Shown: piece after piece, positions 21,220 to 38,690 of the stretch
How the letters are laid out: each line of letters opens with the position of its first letter
Numbering within the stretch: position 1 is the stretch's first letter
DNA from: Takakia lepidozioides
Taxonomy: Eukaryota > Plantae > Bryophyta
Assembly (NCBI GenBank): GCA_030704615.1
Contig: CM060732.1
Location: forward strand, 35,898,001-35,962,000
Length of the DNA stretch: 64,000 bases
Reading direction: 5' to 3'
Position numbers and translations under genes: made by a program
The notes under the pieces: model-generated
What the model saw: the letters and a program-made list of their open reading frames with translations, nothing else
Databases searched by the model: none
What the model was told of the DNA's origin: nothing

Positions 21220-23825
21220 GCTAAGGTCTTTAGCACTTTGGATTTACGATCCGGATATCACCAGTTGCCAATCAAGGAGGCGGACAAGTAGAAGACGACA
21301 TTCTGGGGGATCAATGAGCACGGCAAGGATTGCCTATATCAGTGGCGGTTCTTACCATTTGGGCTTAAGAATGCTCCTGCAAAGTTTCAGAGAGTCATGG
21401 ATAGGATTCTAGCAGGGGTGGACTTTGCTCTGTGCTACATAGATGACATCATCATCTTTAGTGTTACGATGGAGGAGCATGAGAGACACCTTCAGGTGGT
21501 ATTGGAGCGCTTGAGAGCGCACGGATTGAAGTTGCATCCAGGGAAGTGCAAGTTTTTCCACAACCAGATTAAGTATCTGGGTCACATGATATATCCTGGA
21601 GGATTGGGGGTACAGCAGACTAAGGTAGAGGCCATTGCACAAATTCCACGCCCCACGGATGTGAGCCGAGTTCGAGCTTTCATGGGGTTGGCAACCTATT
21701 ATAGACGGTTTGTCAAGGGATTTAGTATCATTGCAAAGGCTCTAACCAAGCTGACCAAGGTGGACCAGGAGTGGCAGTGGGAAGATGAGCAGGAACAAGC
21801 TTTTCAAGAGCTCAAGGCGAGGTTGACCTCGGCGCCTATCCTGAGACGACCTATCAGGGGGCGTCCCTTTCAGCTGCATACGGATTGGAGCATGTTGGGG
21901 CTTGGAGCGGTGCTCACACAGGTGGATGATGAGGGAAGAGAGTTCGTAGTGGCCTATACTAGCCGCTCAAATAACGCTGCAGAGGCTAAGTACAGCTCAT
22001 ATGAGGGAGAGTGCTTAGCTGCAGTGTGGGCCGTGGCACACTTCAGGTGCTATCTATACGACAATCTTTTCACCCTTGTCACGGATCACCAGCCACTCAA
22101 GTGGTTGATGGAGTCAAACAAGCTTACGGGGAAGCTTGCATGGTGGGCACTTATACTCCAGGAGTATGACTTTCAGGTTGTGCATCGACCGGGTTTGGTC
22201 AATCGGGATGCGGATGGATTGAGTCGCAATCCATGCATGAGCCAGCAGGATGACACTGGAGCTCGGTGGCATGGTGAGACGGACAAGGAGATGGTGCCGA
22301 GATGGCACGCATCTGCATTTTTGTGTATCTTGGCATCGGGAGGTCAGGTTGGACCTACAATAGGGCTGACTATAGATAGATTGTCTGAGGACCCTGAGGC
22401 TAGTGATGAGCTAGGTGGTGCCAGAGATATACATGAGGATTAGGCTGTGTTGGACTACCTCCGCACGGGAGACACGGCAGCCACTGTGACTGCCAGGGAG
22501 AGGGATCGGATCCTACAACGAGCCAAGAGGTTCAAGTGGGAGGGGATACACCTACTTCGAGTGTGGGAAGATGGTCGGGTGAGGATTGTGCCTCACCCCA
22601 CACAGCATGCACGGTTAGTGCGGCATGCCCATGAGGAGTTGGGGCATTTTGGAGTGCGACGCACTCACAGTTTACTTCAAGGGCAGTATTGGTGGCGTGG
22701 TATGCATACAGAGGTGCAACAGTTCGTGGCTAGGTGCATGGTGTGTGACAGGGTGCGTGCTTCATTCAACACCCCTACACCACAGTTGCATCCTTTACCA
22801 ATCATGGGATTGGGCTACAGCTGGAGTCTTGACTTCGCAGGACCGTTGCCACTGACTATGCGCCACCACAAATATGTGTTGGTGATGGTGGAGCACTTCT
22901 CGAAGTGGATTGAGTTGGTTCCATTGCCTGACAAGGCTAGTGAGGGGGCTGCGTATGCATTCTTGGATCGTGTGCTTAGCCGATTTGGTGCTCCAGCTGA
23001 GGTACTCACGGACCAAGGGAGAGAGTTCTTGGGGGAGTTTCAGGTTTTGTGTGATAAAGCCTTGATAGACCACCACACCACTTCTCGGGATCATCTTGAG
23101 GCCGATGGCTTAGCAGAGAGAGTTGTTCAGACGGTGAAGATGGGTTTGCGCAAGTATGGCTTGCAGAAGGGACACCTAGGAGATTGGGATCTTCAGGTTC
23201 CTTGGTTAGCCATGGGCTACAGGTTCAGCAAACAAGCATCACTTGCCTCCTTCTCACCATATTTCCTTCTCTTTGGCCGAGAGCCGGATTTGCCTGCAGC
23301 CATTCGTAGGGACACTGCTCAAGTCCTTAACCTTGACGATCCGGACGTGTGGGTACGTGCATGTGATCAGCGTGCAGAGTTGTTCAAGAAAGTCATGCCC
23401 ATGGCTTTTGAGAACCTTGCCATTGCACAACACCGTGATACGTTGAGATATGCCATTATACGTGGTGGAGGATATCGTCCTGGGGTTCGGAGGTTTAGCC
23501 CTGGTGACTATGTTTATTTGCAGCAGACTGCTCCTACGACTCTGGATGTTACTGCAGGGCGTGTTATTCTGAGGGTTTGAGAGGTGTTGCCCTCAGTGGT
23601 CCTGATCTTGGAGGGTCGGGATGGCATGACTTGGAAGGACCATGTGCATAATTGTGCGCAATGTCACCTTCGCAATGTCACCTTCCCAATGTCGATGGCA
23701 GAGTTGACCCAAACTTGGCAGTGGTACCTGCAGGTTTGAGGTGCATGCTCTGTGGGTCTGCCAAAGGGGCAGCCACCATGCTGGTGTGTGATCGATGCTC
23801 AAGGGGTTGGCATATGGGATGCTGC
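21210..23825 (+). mobile_element. Ty3/gypsy pol fragment: RT, RNase H, integrase, C-terminal PHD finger
   Basis: [21 protein letters not shown]; RNase H LHTDWS...TDHQPL...DADGLSR; integrase HEELGH...CMVC, SLDF, LTDQG; then CMLCGSAKGAATMLVCDRCSRGWHMGC. Confidence 0.9.
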
Positions 23826-24140
23826 AGTTGGCAGAGGTTCACTCTAGAGCTCGGGGGATTTGACAACCACTACTCAAAAATGCTTTTTAATTTTGCATTC
23901 AACCACAAACTACATTCATCTGGTAGGTCCTAAGTCTACCTCCCTTGGCTGTCAATATTCATTCTACCACCAACCTACCCAATTTACATATGCCACTCGC
24001 AATAATTCTACATGCCCTACTTATATCATTTCCCCCACATTTCTATTCTATCTTTGCCCATTCGCTACTGCCCCTGTCTCGCATCAACCATCCCAACTCC
24101 CCCCCCCCCCCCCCCCCTTTGCCTCCTCCCCACCGGATAC
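23826..24140 (+). mobile_element. Probable decayed LINE 3' fragment truncating the PHD finger
   Basis: Abrupt switch to C/T-rich sequence ending in a poly-C run and a Pro-rich tail. No clear motif. Confidence 0.3.
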
Positions 24141-24649
24141 TTCCCTCAGCAATATTGGTCATTCATTCTGCTGAGTTTTTATTTTATTTATATATTCTCA
24201 TTTTATGGTCATTATTTTTAGTTGCCTAACTTTAAAAATTTACAGATCCAAGATGCCTAATTTATAAAATTCTCGAAAGTGCCTAACTACCAAATGGTCC
24301 CAAAATCATTATTAGGCAGCCAAGTGCGTGACCGGCTATCCCACTACGGTATCACAAATAATGCTCCACCTCATCTCCGCAGAACGGAAAAATAAAAAAT
24401 AAAAAATAAATTATTATTTTATCATAAAATATCTCAACGGATTCCATACTAGCACTGCAGGTCACACTTCCATCCACAATATTTGAACTCAAAACCTCTA
24501 CGCTTGTAAATCGCTACGCACCAACAAATAAACACATTAATATTTCATATGCATTAAAGGTGGTATAAACGGTATACATAAGATGTATCTCAATTTTATT
24601 GCCATTTTCCACACTACCCTAATTTAATTCAAAGAATCATGGGCTAACC

Positions 24650-25530
24650 AGGGAATCATATGCTCAAGCCCCTCGCCAACCGTCTGCATCTGGAGCTCAA
24701 TTCCTCACTGTTGGAGAAACTGCTGCACGCTTCTGCCCCGATTCTCCATACTTCGACCCTGATATTAACTGGAGGTACCTCAAAGGGGAATGATCGTTGA
24801 AGCTGAATTTCGACAAATGATAGCTTCATGTTTCGTCCTCCATCGAAGTCGCCTCCTTGCATCATCTGGGCTAATAGTAGGTCGGCGGTTAAGTCACATG
24901 GTCGTTTGGATTTCTCCAGCATACGTCATGTACTTGCATTCATGCATTTTAGCATCATTAGGTGGAGTGGGGGTCAGACCGACAATGGTCGTCCTTCCTC
25001 CTTTCCCAGGGCCTCTATGGCTTATCTGCTTCTGATAATCTTCCAGGCTTTCGCCATTATGGCGGTCTCACTTGCTTTCGTCTAGGTCATCCAATATAAG
25101 TTTATGTGTTTTTTGCCTTATGGCAGCAACGGGGTTTAATTTTTCCCCATGCCACGTGGACAGGTCAATGGTTTTGGACACTAGATTTCCAATCCCCCTA
25201 GCACTTTGAAAAATTCTAGGGAGCAGAGCGTTCATTATTTTAGGGCGCTGTAAATTCCCACCCCGCATGTGCTTCTCCCTAACCAGCCCACTTTATCTTT
25301 AGGAATCACTTCCATCCACTGTCATCCATGAAAGTTGGATCATTGCAAAAAACTGATGCAACTCGCGTCGTTGTTTATGGGACTGAACTTCCCCATCGTC
25401 ACTCGCATATTAGTATAAGGAAGACAATAGGAATAATGTAAGACCTTAACGTGTGCCATCTGATGGTATTTTTGCCGGATTCCGGCAGCCTCGGCTCCTC
25501 CGTCGGGGCCCCTGTCAAATCCTCCCCACC
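24650..25530 (+). mobile_element. Highly decayed L1-like LINE C-terminal fragment
   Basis: GC-richer island with broken zf-RVT-like residue traces. Weak. Confidence 0.3.
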
Positions 25531-25662
25531 CCCTCTTACCTTGGTTTCACTAGTAAATACTTAAGAATCCAAGTGGGTTTCATGTTGTGGTGGGTAGCGT
25601 GCTAGTAAGATAATAGCAGGTGGCAAGGCTCTGAGATCGGTTCTTGATGGGGAGGCTCTTAT

Positions 25663-25883
25663 AAGTGTAACCCGGATATTGGTATTCCGATCCGTGCAAC
25701 CCTCTATATCCCCGGTCTCTCATGTAACTCTAGTTAATCCATTTTATACTTAGCCACATATGGACTTCAGCCACATTTGGACTTCTTCAAATTTCGAGAC
25801 CAAGTGTCGGTTCCGTGTAACCCCGAGTGGAGTTACACAATTCGTCGCGTAACCCAGTGTAACCTCGACTGGAGTTTACACTG
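25663..25883. mobile_element. Small TIR-like element with TGTAACC/GTTACA repeats
   Basis: Ends AAGTGTAACC and GTTTACACTG, multiple TGTAAC motifs. No TSD found. Confidence 0.35.
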
Positions 25884-26817
25884 CTTCAGCTGTCAAGAGA
25901 GGGTGGGGAAGATTTGACATGCCAGAAACAGGCCCACCATCCTGTCAGAGGTTGCACGTGTGCATTAAGTCTTACATTATTTCTATTATCTTCCTGAGTA
26001 TAATATGATATAAAATTTTGATATTGATATAATGTGGTGACAAGACACATTTGAAATGTGTACCCATAATTCAATTGAACAATTGCAATTGAGTTGAGTT
26101 GCCGTGCGCATTAGAGTTTGAGTTAAAGGTGGCTCTAGTAGTTATTTTATTTTATGTATTTTTTTAAAGAAGTAATTTGTAAGTTTGAGGAAAAGGAAAT
26201 TTGATTCAGGCCCTTGAGGAGGGGAAAAATCAACCCATTTTCATCTATAGGCTACAAGCCAGAGTTGTTTTTTTTTTTTTGATGTTTTTGGTGTTCAATT
26301 GAATTGCAAGGACAATTCAATTGAACTGTGCATTTTTGGTCTGTGATCAACTGAATTACGATTGCTGTTGCCCTAGTCTTTGTCTGTTTGTCTCTTGGTT
26401 GCTTTTCTATTGGCTGTGCCCATCGTTGTAAGCCTTCGCAGCCCATCCCTTGTTAATTTTTCATGCATTAATCCATTTTTCAGTGTCTCTGTCCCCTATT
26501 TTTTAAAATAAAAAGTGGAAAATTCTTTCCTTTGGTATTCCCTACTTCAAGCTCTCCCAGTGGCCTTTCAAGCTTAAAATTGGGAACTTCTGGGTTCGTC
26601 CCTTGCCTGCGGGTATGTTTGCTTCATGGCCCTCTAGGGGTGTATTTTCCCCTCTTATCAATAAGATGTTCGGGCTTCATCCCCTTCAAAAAAACAAAAG
26701 TTGTTCAAGAGGTTGGTGACATCACCTTTGCAAAAACTGTCATCGCACAATGAATGGTATATTATATCTGCGAAGAAGAACACACCAGACACCCACACAC
26801 AATAATATAAGCGGCAC

Positions 26818-26846
26818 TCCCCTCTCTCTCTCTCTCTCTCTCTTTC
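26818..26846. repeat. (CT)n microsatellite
   Basis: Direct. Confidence 0.9.
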
Positions 26847-28369
26847 TTGTGTTTTGTCTCACGTGCTTTGGCACCAGGCTCCCACAAGGATAGAACCCCC
26901 ATCACCATACATTCCGCACCAACGGTGCGACGGCCGCGTCGCCTCCGGACCCCCAATCACACTTATGACGACGGACCGCCCCAAAGCGGGTGAGGCAAGC
27001 CACCATAAGAGAGAGCAACCAATTATATATCACAGGGCAGAAAAGACAAGCAAGTCAACACTTCGTGTGGATGTAGGTAAGGCACGGTGGAGCCTACCAC
27101 GATGCGTCCAGTGATCACTAATTGTGGTGGGGCCTCAGTCGCATTCTTATAAGTCCTCTAGTCGTTTTTCGATGTTCTGTTGAGACATCGACGACTCCAG
27201 TTGGTATTAATCGATGCCAAATCTCCCACTCAACGGCATAGAACAGTTGGTGGATAAGAACAGATATCGTCTCATAAAGAGAGCCTAGCAAAAAGTGCAA
27301 AAAGGTCTAACAACAGCATTCTTCTTCCTTAGGTTCCTGCCTCTATTGGCTTTCTCTCTGAGAGCATGTGCTAGTGATCAGGTGGTGTTAAAGACACATT
27401 GAAAAACACAAAACAGTCCTCCAGGAGAGGGCAACTCTGAGAGAGGGACCCAGTCCCGGTCAACTGTAGTCAAACAACAAGGGCTGCTGAGTGACGAAGG
27501 AAGGGCACACCGCATTGCGCACGCTTCTTCCTCGCCGCCTGACCGGGACTCTAGGGTCAGAATCATCGCCCACGTTGACCCCGTGCTTCCACATACATTC
27601 GCTCCAGCAGTCAAACTTGGCTTTTGCTTAGCTTCTTTTTATATAATCCCACCCAAGTCAGAAGCAAAGGGCTTTCGTAGACCTGCAGCACTTCGAGTGG
27701 CCCTTAGTCCTCATCACTGTTGTGTTTCCATCGAATACCTACATGTGTCTTATTACTATCAACACTGTGACTCCCCCCACTTACTTGGCCGCTCCTTTGT
27801 CTTCACTATCAATTTCTTTAAGTGTTGTCTTCGGTGAGACTTGCTAGGCAACTCCTCACTCTATGGACTTTTTATACCTCCAACGACAATTTTTTAAAGT
27901 CATATTACTATTTTTTTTTTTTGATTAACAGGGGACAGAGGCCCTATAAACTTTGTAAAAAAGGTGAACAGGCAAGGAAAAAATAATCTTGCAGAGGAGC
28001 CATAAGACCAACAAAGAGACACTGCTCAGTGACCAGAGTTCCAAAGGCATGTCCTATTTGTATTTTACAACAGTTAGAGACACTTGGATTTTAGTTTCCA
28101 AAGTCCATTCTATCACATGGCTTCTATACCTCAAATAACAATTTGTTAAGTCACATAACTATTTTGTTTAAAGAAACGGAGTGGACACCCTTAAACTTTA
28201 TAAAAAGGAGGAAGTCCTCGGAAGAGAACAATGAGGAAGAAATACCCTCAGTAAAGGATGCCAGTTGAAGACAACTTGACTTCTAATATTAAAGTATATT
28301 CTGCATAATTAATAAATTATCTTGCGTGAGGGGGAATGCCCATTCCCCGACGGGCACAGCCTGCCTCTG

Positions 28370-28500
28370 CACCGGAAGATTGTTGCGGAAGGTGGTGCTG
28401 CACCGGAAGATTTTACACAGGGCCGGAAGGTTGTAGCGGAAGGTGGTACTCACACATGGCGGTCCACAGGCACTCGATGCCGGAAGGTTTTAGCGGACGG
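28370..28500. repeat. Short GC-rich cluster of CCGGAAG(A/G)TT..(A/T)GCGGA motifs
   Basis: CGGAAG recurs about 6 times in 130 bp. Confidence 0.6.
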
Positions 28501-29146
28501 GCTGACTGTCACGATGCCCTGATATTCACACTTGGGAGACGTGTTCAAAATACAAAGAGGGAAATAGCTAAGGGCGTTACACATGATGTAATTAGTACTA
28601 CATCTTCCTCTCAAGAATTTATTTCAGCAAATGATGCGTGCGTCAAAGCAAGCACCTTTTGCTGTTCCCAGCAGCTGTCGCGGGATGCTCCATTGACGGA
28701 GCAATAACTTAGTGGAAGCTCAGACTGCAATACTGTGTATCTTATTTCGGTAGTGCTGCATAAAAACTTATATAACAGGGTAATCTAGTGTTTCTGGGGA
28801 TAGTTTAGGGTGATTAGCCAATTATCTGGGATATTTTTGTTCCGGTTAAATATGGCCTCTCGGATAATTTTCAGCGTGTCCACCTTTCTAGCGGAAAGGC
28901 AGTAATTCTGGGGTCAAGAGACACCATAATTTACACTTCCTTGGGGAGGCGTCATATAGTAATCTTTTCTGTACCAGCGGGGTGGACCTCAAGATTCTAA
29001 TACATTTCACTTGAATTTGTACACGCCATACATGAATGGCCATCCCTTCTTTTAAAAAACAAAAGACAATGGTTGGTTTTCTTAACATGACCTCCTTTTA
29101 ATCTTAAGAAAAACAAGACAAATTAAGAGGGGGTAGGCTTTATGGG

Positions 29147-29771
29147 CTCTCATTTTTGAATAATTGGGAGTTTAAGGAACACGTGTGCGCCAGGCAGCGG
29201 GCCCATACACAGTCGTCGGCTGGTGCCCCCCTTACCATTGAGAGGGTACGGGTCTGCTGGAAGGTCGGGTCTACTCATGGAAGGTTGGTCGCGCCCCGCA
29301 GCTCGCCCACGAGACTTCAATTTGTTTTTGCGGGAAAACTCGCCCATAAAAAAGAGGGTCATTAATACACATGCAGCACTAGCCAGAACCATCATTAATA
29401 CACATTTGGCGCAGCCAAATTTGGACCCAAAACCTCATAGGTACCACTCTTTGCGCCCAACCACCACACTACCTACTATTACCCCCTCATTTTTTTTTAA
29501 TCTTTTAACCTAGAAAACAGTCGCTGTCAGCCCCCATGCTACCTAGGGTGAGGGCATGTGGACCCTACCTCGCGGCAGACCAATCCTCGCCGCAGACCCA
29601 CCTTGGTAGAGTCTCGCCCAGGGTCAAGGCTTGCAAACCTTACCTCGCGGAAGACCCATCCGGGCCAGGTCATGGGTCGCGGCGCGGCCACCCAAGGGCG
29701 CCATACGGCTGTGCATGGGCCGCTGCTTGGCGCACGTGAGCCTTAAACTCCCAATTATTCAACAATGAGAA
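29147..29771. mobile_element. MITE with TIRs of about 80 bp (CTCTCATTTTTGAATAATTGGGAGTTTAAGG...)
   Basis: Left end 29147-29233 is an inverted copy of right end 29693-29771. The same terminus occurs at 45510 and 57616. Confidence 0.85.
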
Positions 29772-31246
29772 CGGCTTGATATAATAATTTGCACTGAAGC
29801 TAACACAATTTTCATTGTATTTTTTAAAGGGATAAATTAGGCAATTTAATATTGGAGGGCGTAGCAGTTATAGACGGTAGATTGTATTTATATACTATAA
29901 AGTAAAGAAAGAACTACATGCAAAAATGATGATCATTCATCCATATGAATGGAAATGTGTACTTATTGAAACAAACAAACTGCTCATGAATCATAAAAAT
30001 ATTATGGTATACCTAGTATTTTGGCTCTTATCAATTGATCCAATCGATAGTCTTTCTGTTATTGCCCCTCATGCGAATCCACCCTATTTCAGTTACTCGC
30101 TGTGCCCCCGGAATATAATCTTCATCATTCATAGAAATTTGAAACGAATTTCCTCTCCATATTAAAAAAAAAAAATCCTCTCCATATCGTTCAAGATCTC
30201 AGTCTGTTGCTGGCTTCACACATGTAGTCCTATGAGCAAATAATCTCAGCCACCATCAAGATTTGAACCCCCAGTAGATGAAAGGGGAAAGCTGTGATTG
30301 ACGGTTGACTGGGCAATTTCTTTAAGAAAAACAGGGGAAAAGCCCTTGGACATACTTGCTTGTATGAGCTTTTTATTGTAGTAATCCAGTGACATCAGAT
30401 ATTTCTCTTCTGAAGAACTAAGAAACCAGTGACCTCAGTCATCTATTTACTGGAGCGGTGCTTAGCCATAGCTACCTCTTGCTAATCTGCACTCCTTCTA
30501 AATAACATAAAGCTGGTTTATCACTTCGCATTCTTTGATTGATGGACTTACACAATCATAATCATTCCCAAATTCCAACTTGTTTGTTATGGTTTACAAA
30601 TCCACACAAGGGAATCCGAGTCTAACGTGAGCTTCTTACTCTCCAGCATGCCACAAGGCAAACATTCAATGGCACACATGTTTACTAGACCACCACGTCT
30701 AACGTGAGGTCGCTAGTGTGCACCCGGACGACGCTCTATTCTACCACTCTGTCCTGTACCTGCGATCGATCCGACTGTTTAATTGAGACCTAAATACTGG
30801 CGAGAGAATGCAAATTGTGTTGAGTTTTTCTCTTCCCCTACAATCCACCGTTCCCGCACATAAGTCCACCTCCGGATTTTACAATCCACTCTAGTTCACA
30901 AAAAGACGACTCGTACCTGATAAGTCTTGTCGAAGCACAAGTCTCCACGCCCGAAATCATCGCAACCTTTACTAAATGCTGTGTGAATCCAAAGCACAGT
31001 CGGGAATCTTGTCGAGTTTTCTGCCCTAGCGAGCAGCAGGGAGTGGATCCTTCTTACATAGTATTAGTAAGTATTTAGGTGCAGCGTTCTGCTCGTCACT
31101 CAGGCATATTATTCTCCCTGCCACACTATTATTATACTCGTGGGGATCCCCTGAGCACCTCTAAAGCTCACGATTGGCCACAAAAATGGGGATACGTGGG
31201 TCTCCATCTCGCCACCCATCGAACCACGCCATCTGGTCCTATACGG

Positions 31247-31255
31247 GCCACGTGG
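31247..31255 (+). promoter_or_regulatory. G-box (GCCACGTGG) upstream of CPR; TATA-like TTATAAG at about 31459
   Basis: Canonical plant bZIP/bHLH motif about 660 bp upstream of the ATG. Function not demonstrated. Confidence 0.4.
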
Positions 31256-31910
31256 ATGGCTGGTAAGGGGTCGGGAGTCGGGACCCCTGCGGCGACAGGG
31301 TAAAAGGTGGGTAAGGGAAGCATTTTCCGCGCTGAAGCGAAGCGTGCTGCCCTGCTGTGGTGGAGGAAGGAGGAGGGCGGCTCTCGAGTCAGAGGGCTCA
31401 TACCAGAAACCGTGTTCTGCGCCTGGGAGGAATGAAGCTACGCTGAGACAGCTGCGGCTTATAAGCTTTTGCATCCACATCTGACTCCAACATAACAATC
31501 TCTGGCGTGCTCTTCAAGCTTGATCATCTTTTGTCGGGGTTGAGTCGGGATCAGATCTCAGATCAAAAGTTGCAGCTGAAAGCGCACTGAAAGCTATCGG
31601 CTTGCCATCAGAGCTTCCCTGGATTTGGCCAGAGTTGCTGCGCTGTCCCCTGCGGTGTGTGCGACGTTGAATCTTGGTCAGCGAAGTACGCCAGCGCGGT
31701 GAGGCTCCAATTCAGGCTTTGGACGAGGTTAGACCGTGTTGGAGTCCTGCCTCTCGTTGCAGAGTCGGGAATCTTTGGTTGTGCTGACTCTACCTCCTGT
31801 GCGGTGAGGTTGTTGAGTAGCAGGATTCGAAGAGCAGCGATTACGCTCGCTGGCAGGAACATCTACGAGCGACCGACTCTTGTAGTTTTTTGCCAGGAAA
31901 CAAATCGGGC

Positions 31911-37645
<5,735 letters not shown>

Positions 37646-38690
37646 ATTGCAGTGCTCCTGAATCAAAGGTTAATTAGTGGATTGAGAGGCATAGGAGAGA
37701 CGAGATGAAACAGAGGGATTTGTGGCAAAATTATGCAGTACAGATTGGCTGCAAGTGGAGACATGGTGGAAGCAAAATTGTTGTATATCTGGAAGGGATT
37801 TTGTAGAGGATGGGATATGTAGTGTGGACCATAGTTCTCAGTTTAGGCCAACAGGATAGTCTACCAAAATAGGAAGTATAGTGGTGCATTGGCTTGGAAA
37901 CAGTGAAATGAGTGTAGGAGAATCAACTTTTAGCAACAGAAAGGAATGAGTTTGAGCTCATTTGTGGGGGATGAATATCCCACATCATTGTTTGCTCCAG
38001 GAGAGGTGCATCAATTAATTTGAGCACCATCTTAATCTGAGAGTGTGCCATCAGGCCAGTTGCTGCAACATTGAAGGATTGGGTTAGTCGTCTATCTGCC
38101 AGATATCTCTCTGGATTATGTGGACCATTGAAAAATTTGAGTGTGCATATTGCCAACACTGCAATGACATTTCAGGTGTATTTGTTTCTTGCTTTCAGTG
38201 TACACATTTTTGTGCAACCTTGTTTCCATCATGCCAGTGTGGCCGGCATATTCACTTTTCCTTTCTGTAGTATACTTGCGCACTCCCCTCCATCTCAGGG
38301 GGCTGTAGTCTCGAGCACGAGGTATGCAAGGTGTTGGGCTGCTTACAATGGCTGTTCAGAGTTCTCCCTTCAATCTCTCAAGGTAGCAGTGATGTCTGTC
38401 ACAAAAAAGCTTCAGATTCACAGCCTTTGTCTGTGCCCAAAGTGCCATGATCTTCCCCTGAGTGTTGGAGGCTACACCCATACTTGTTACAAGGTAGCTA
38501 TGCGAGAGAGAGAGAGAGAGAGGGGTGCAGCACTGGCCCTACAGCCTGTTAGAGTTCAGTGCCTTGTCTTGGGAAGCGAAGCCTTTATCGTCAAACAGAC
38601 GTCGGAATTGTGAACGGATGGCGACGAAGGACGCGCGTCGGTGTTGAGTTGGTGGAAATACATGGCCTTGAGCTCCACGAAAAAGCAGCT

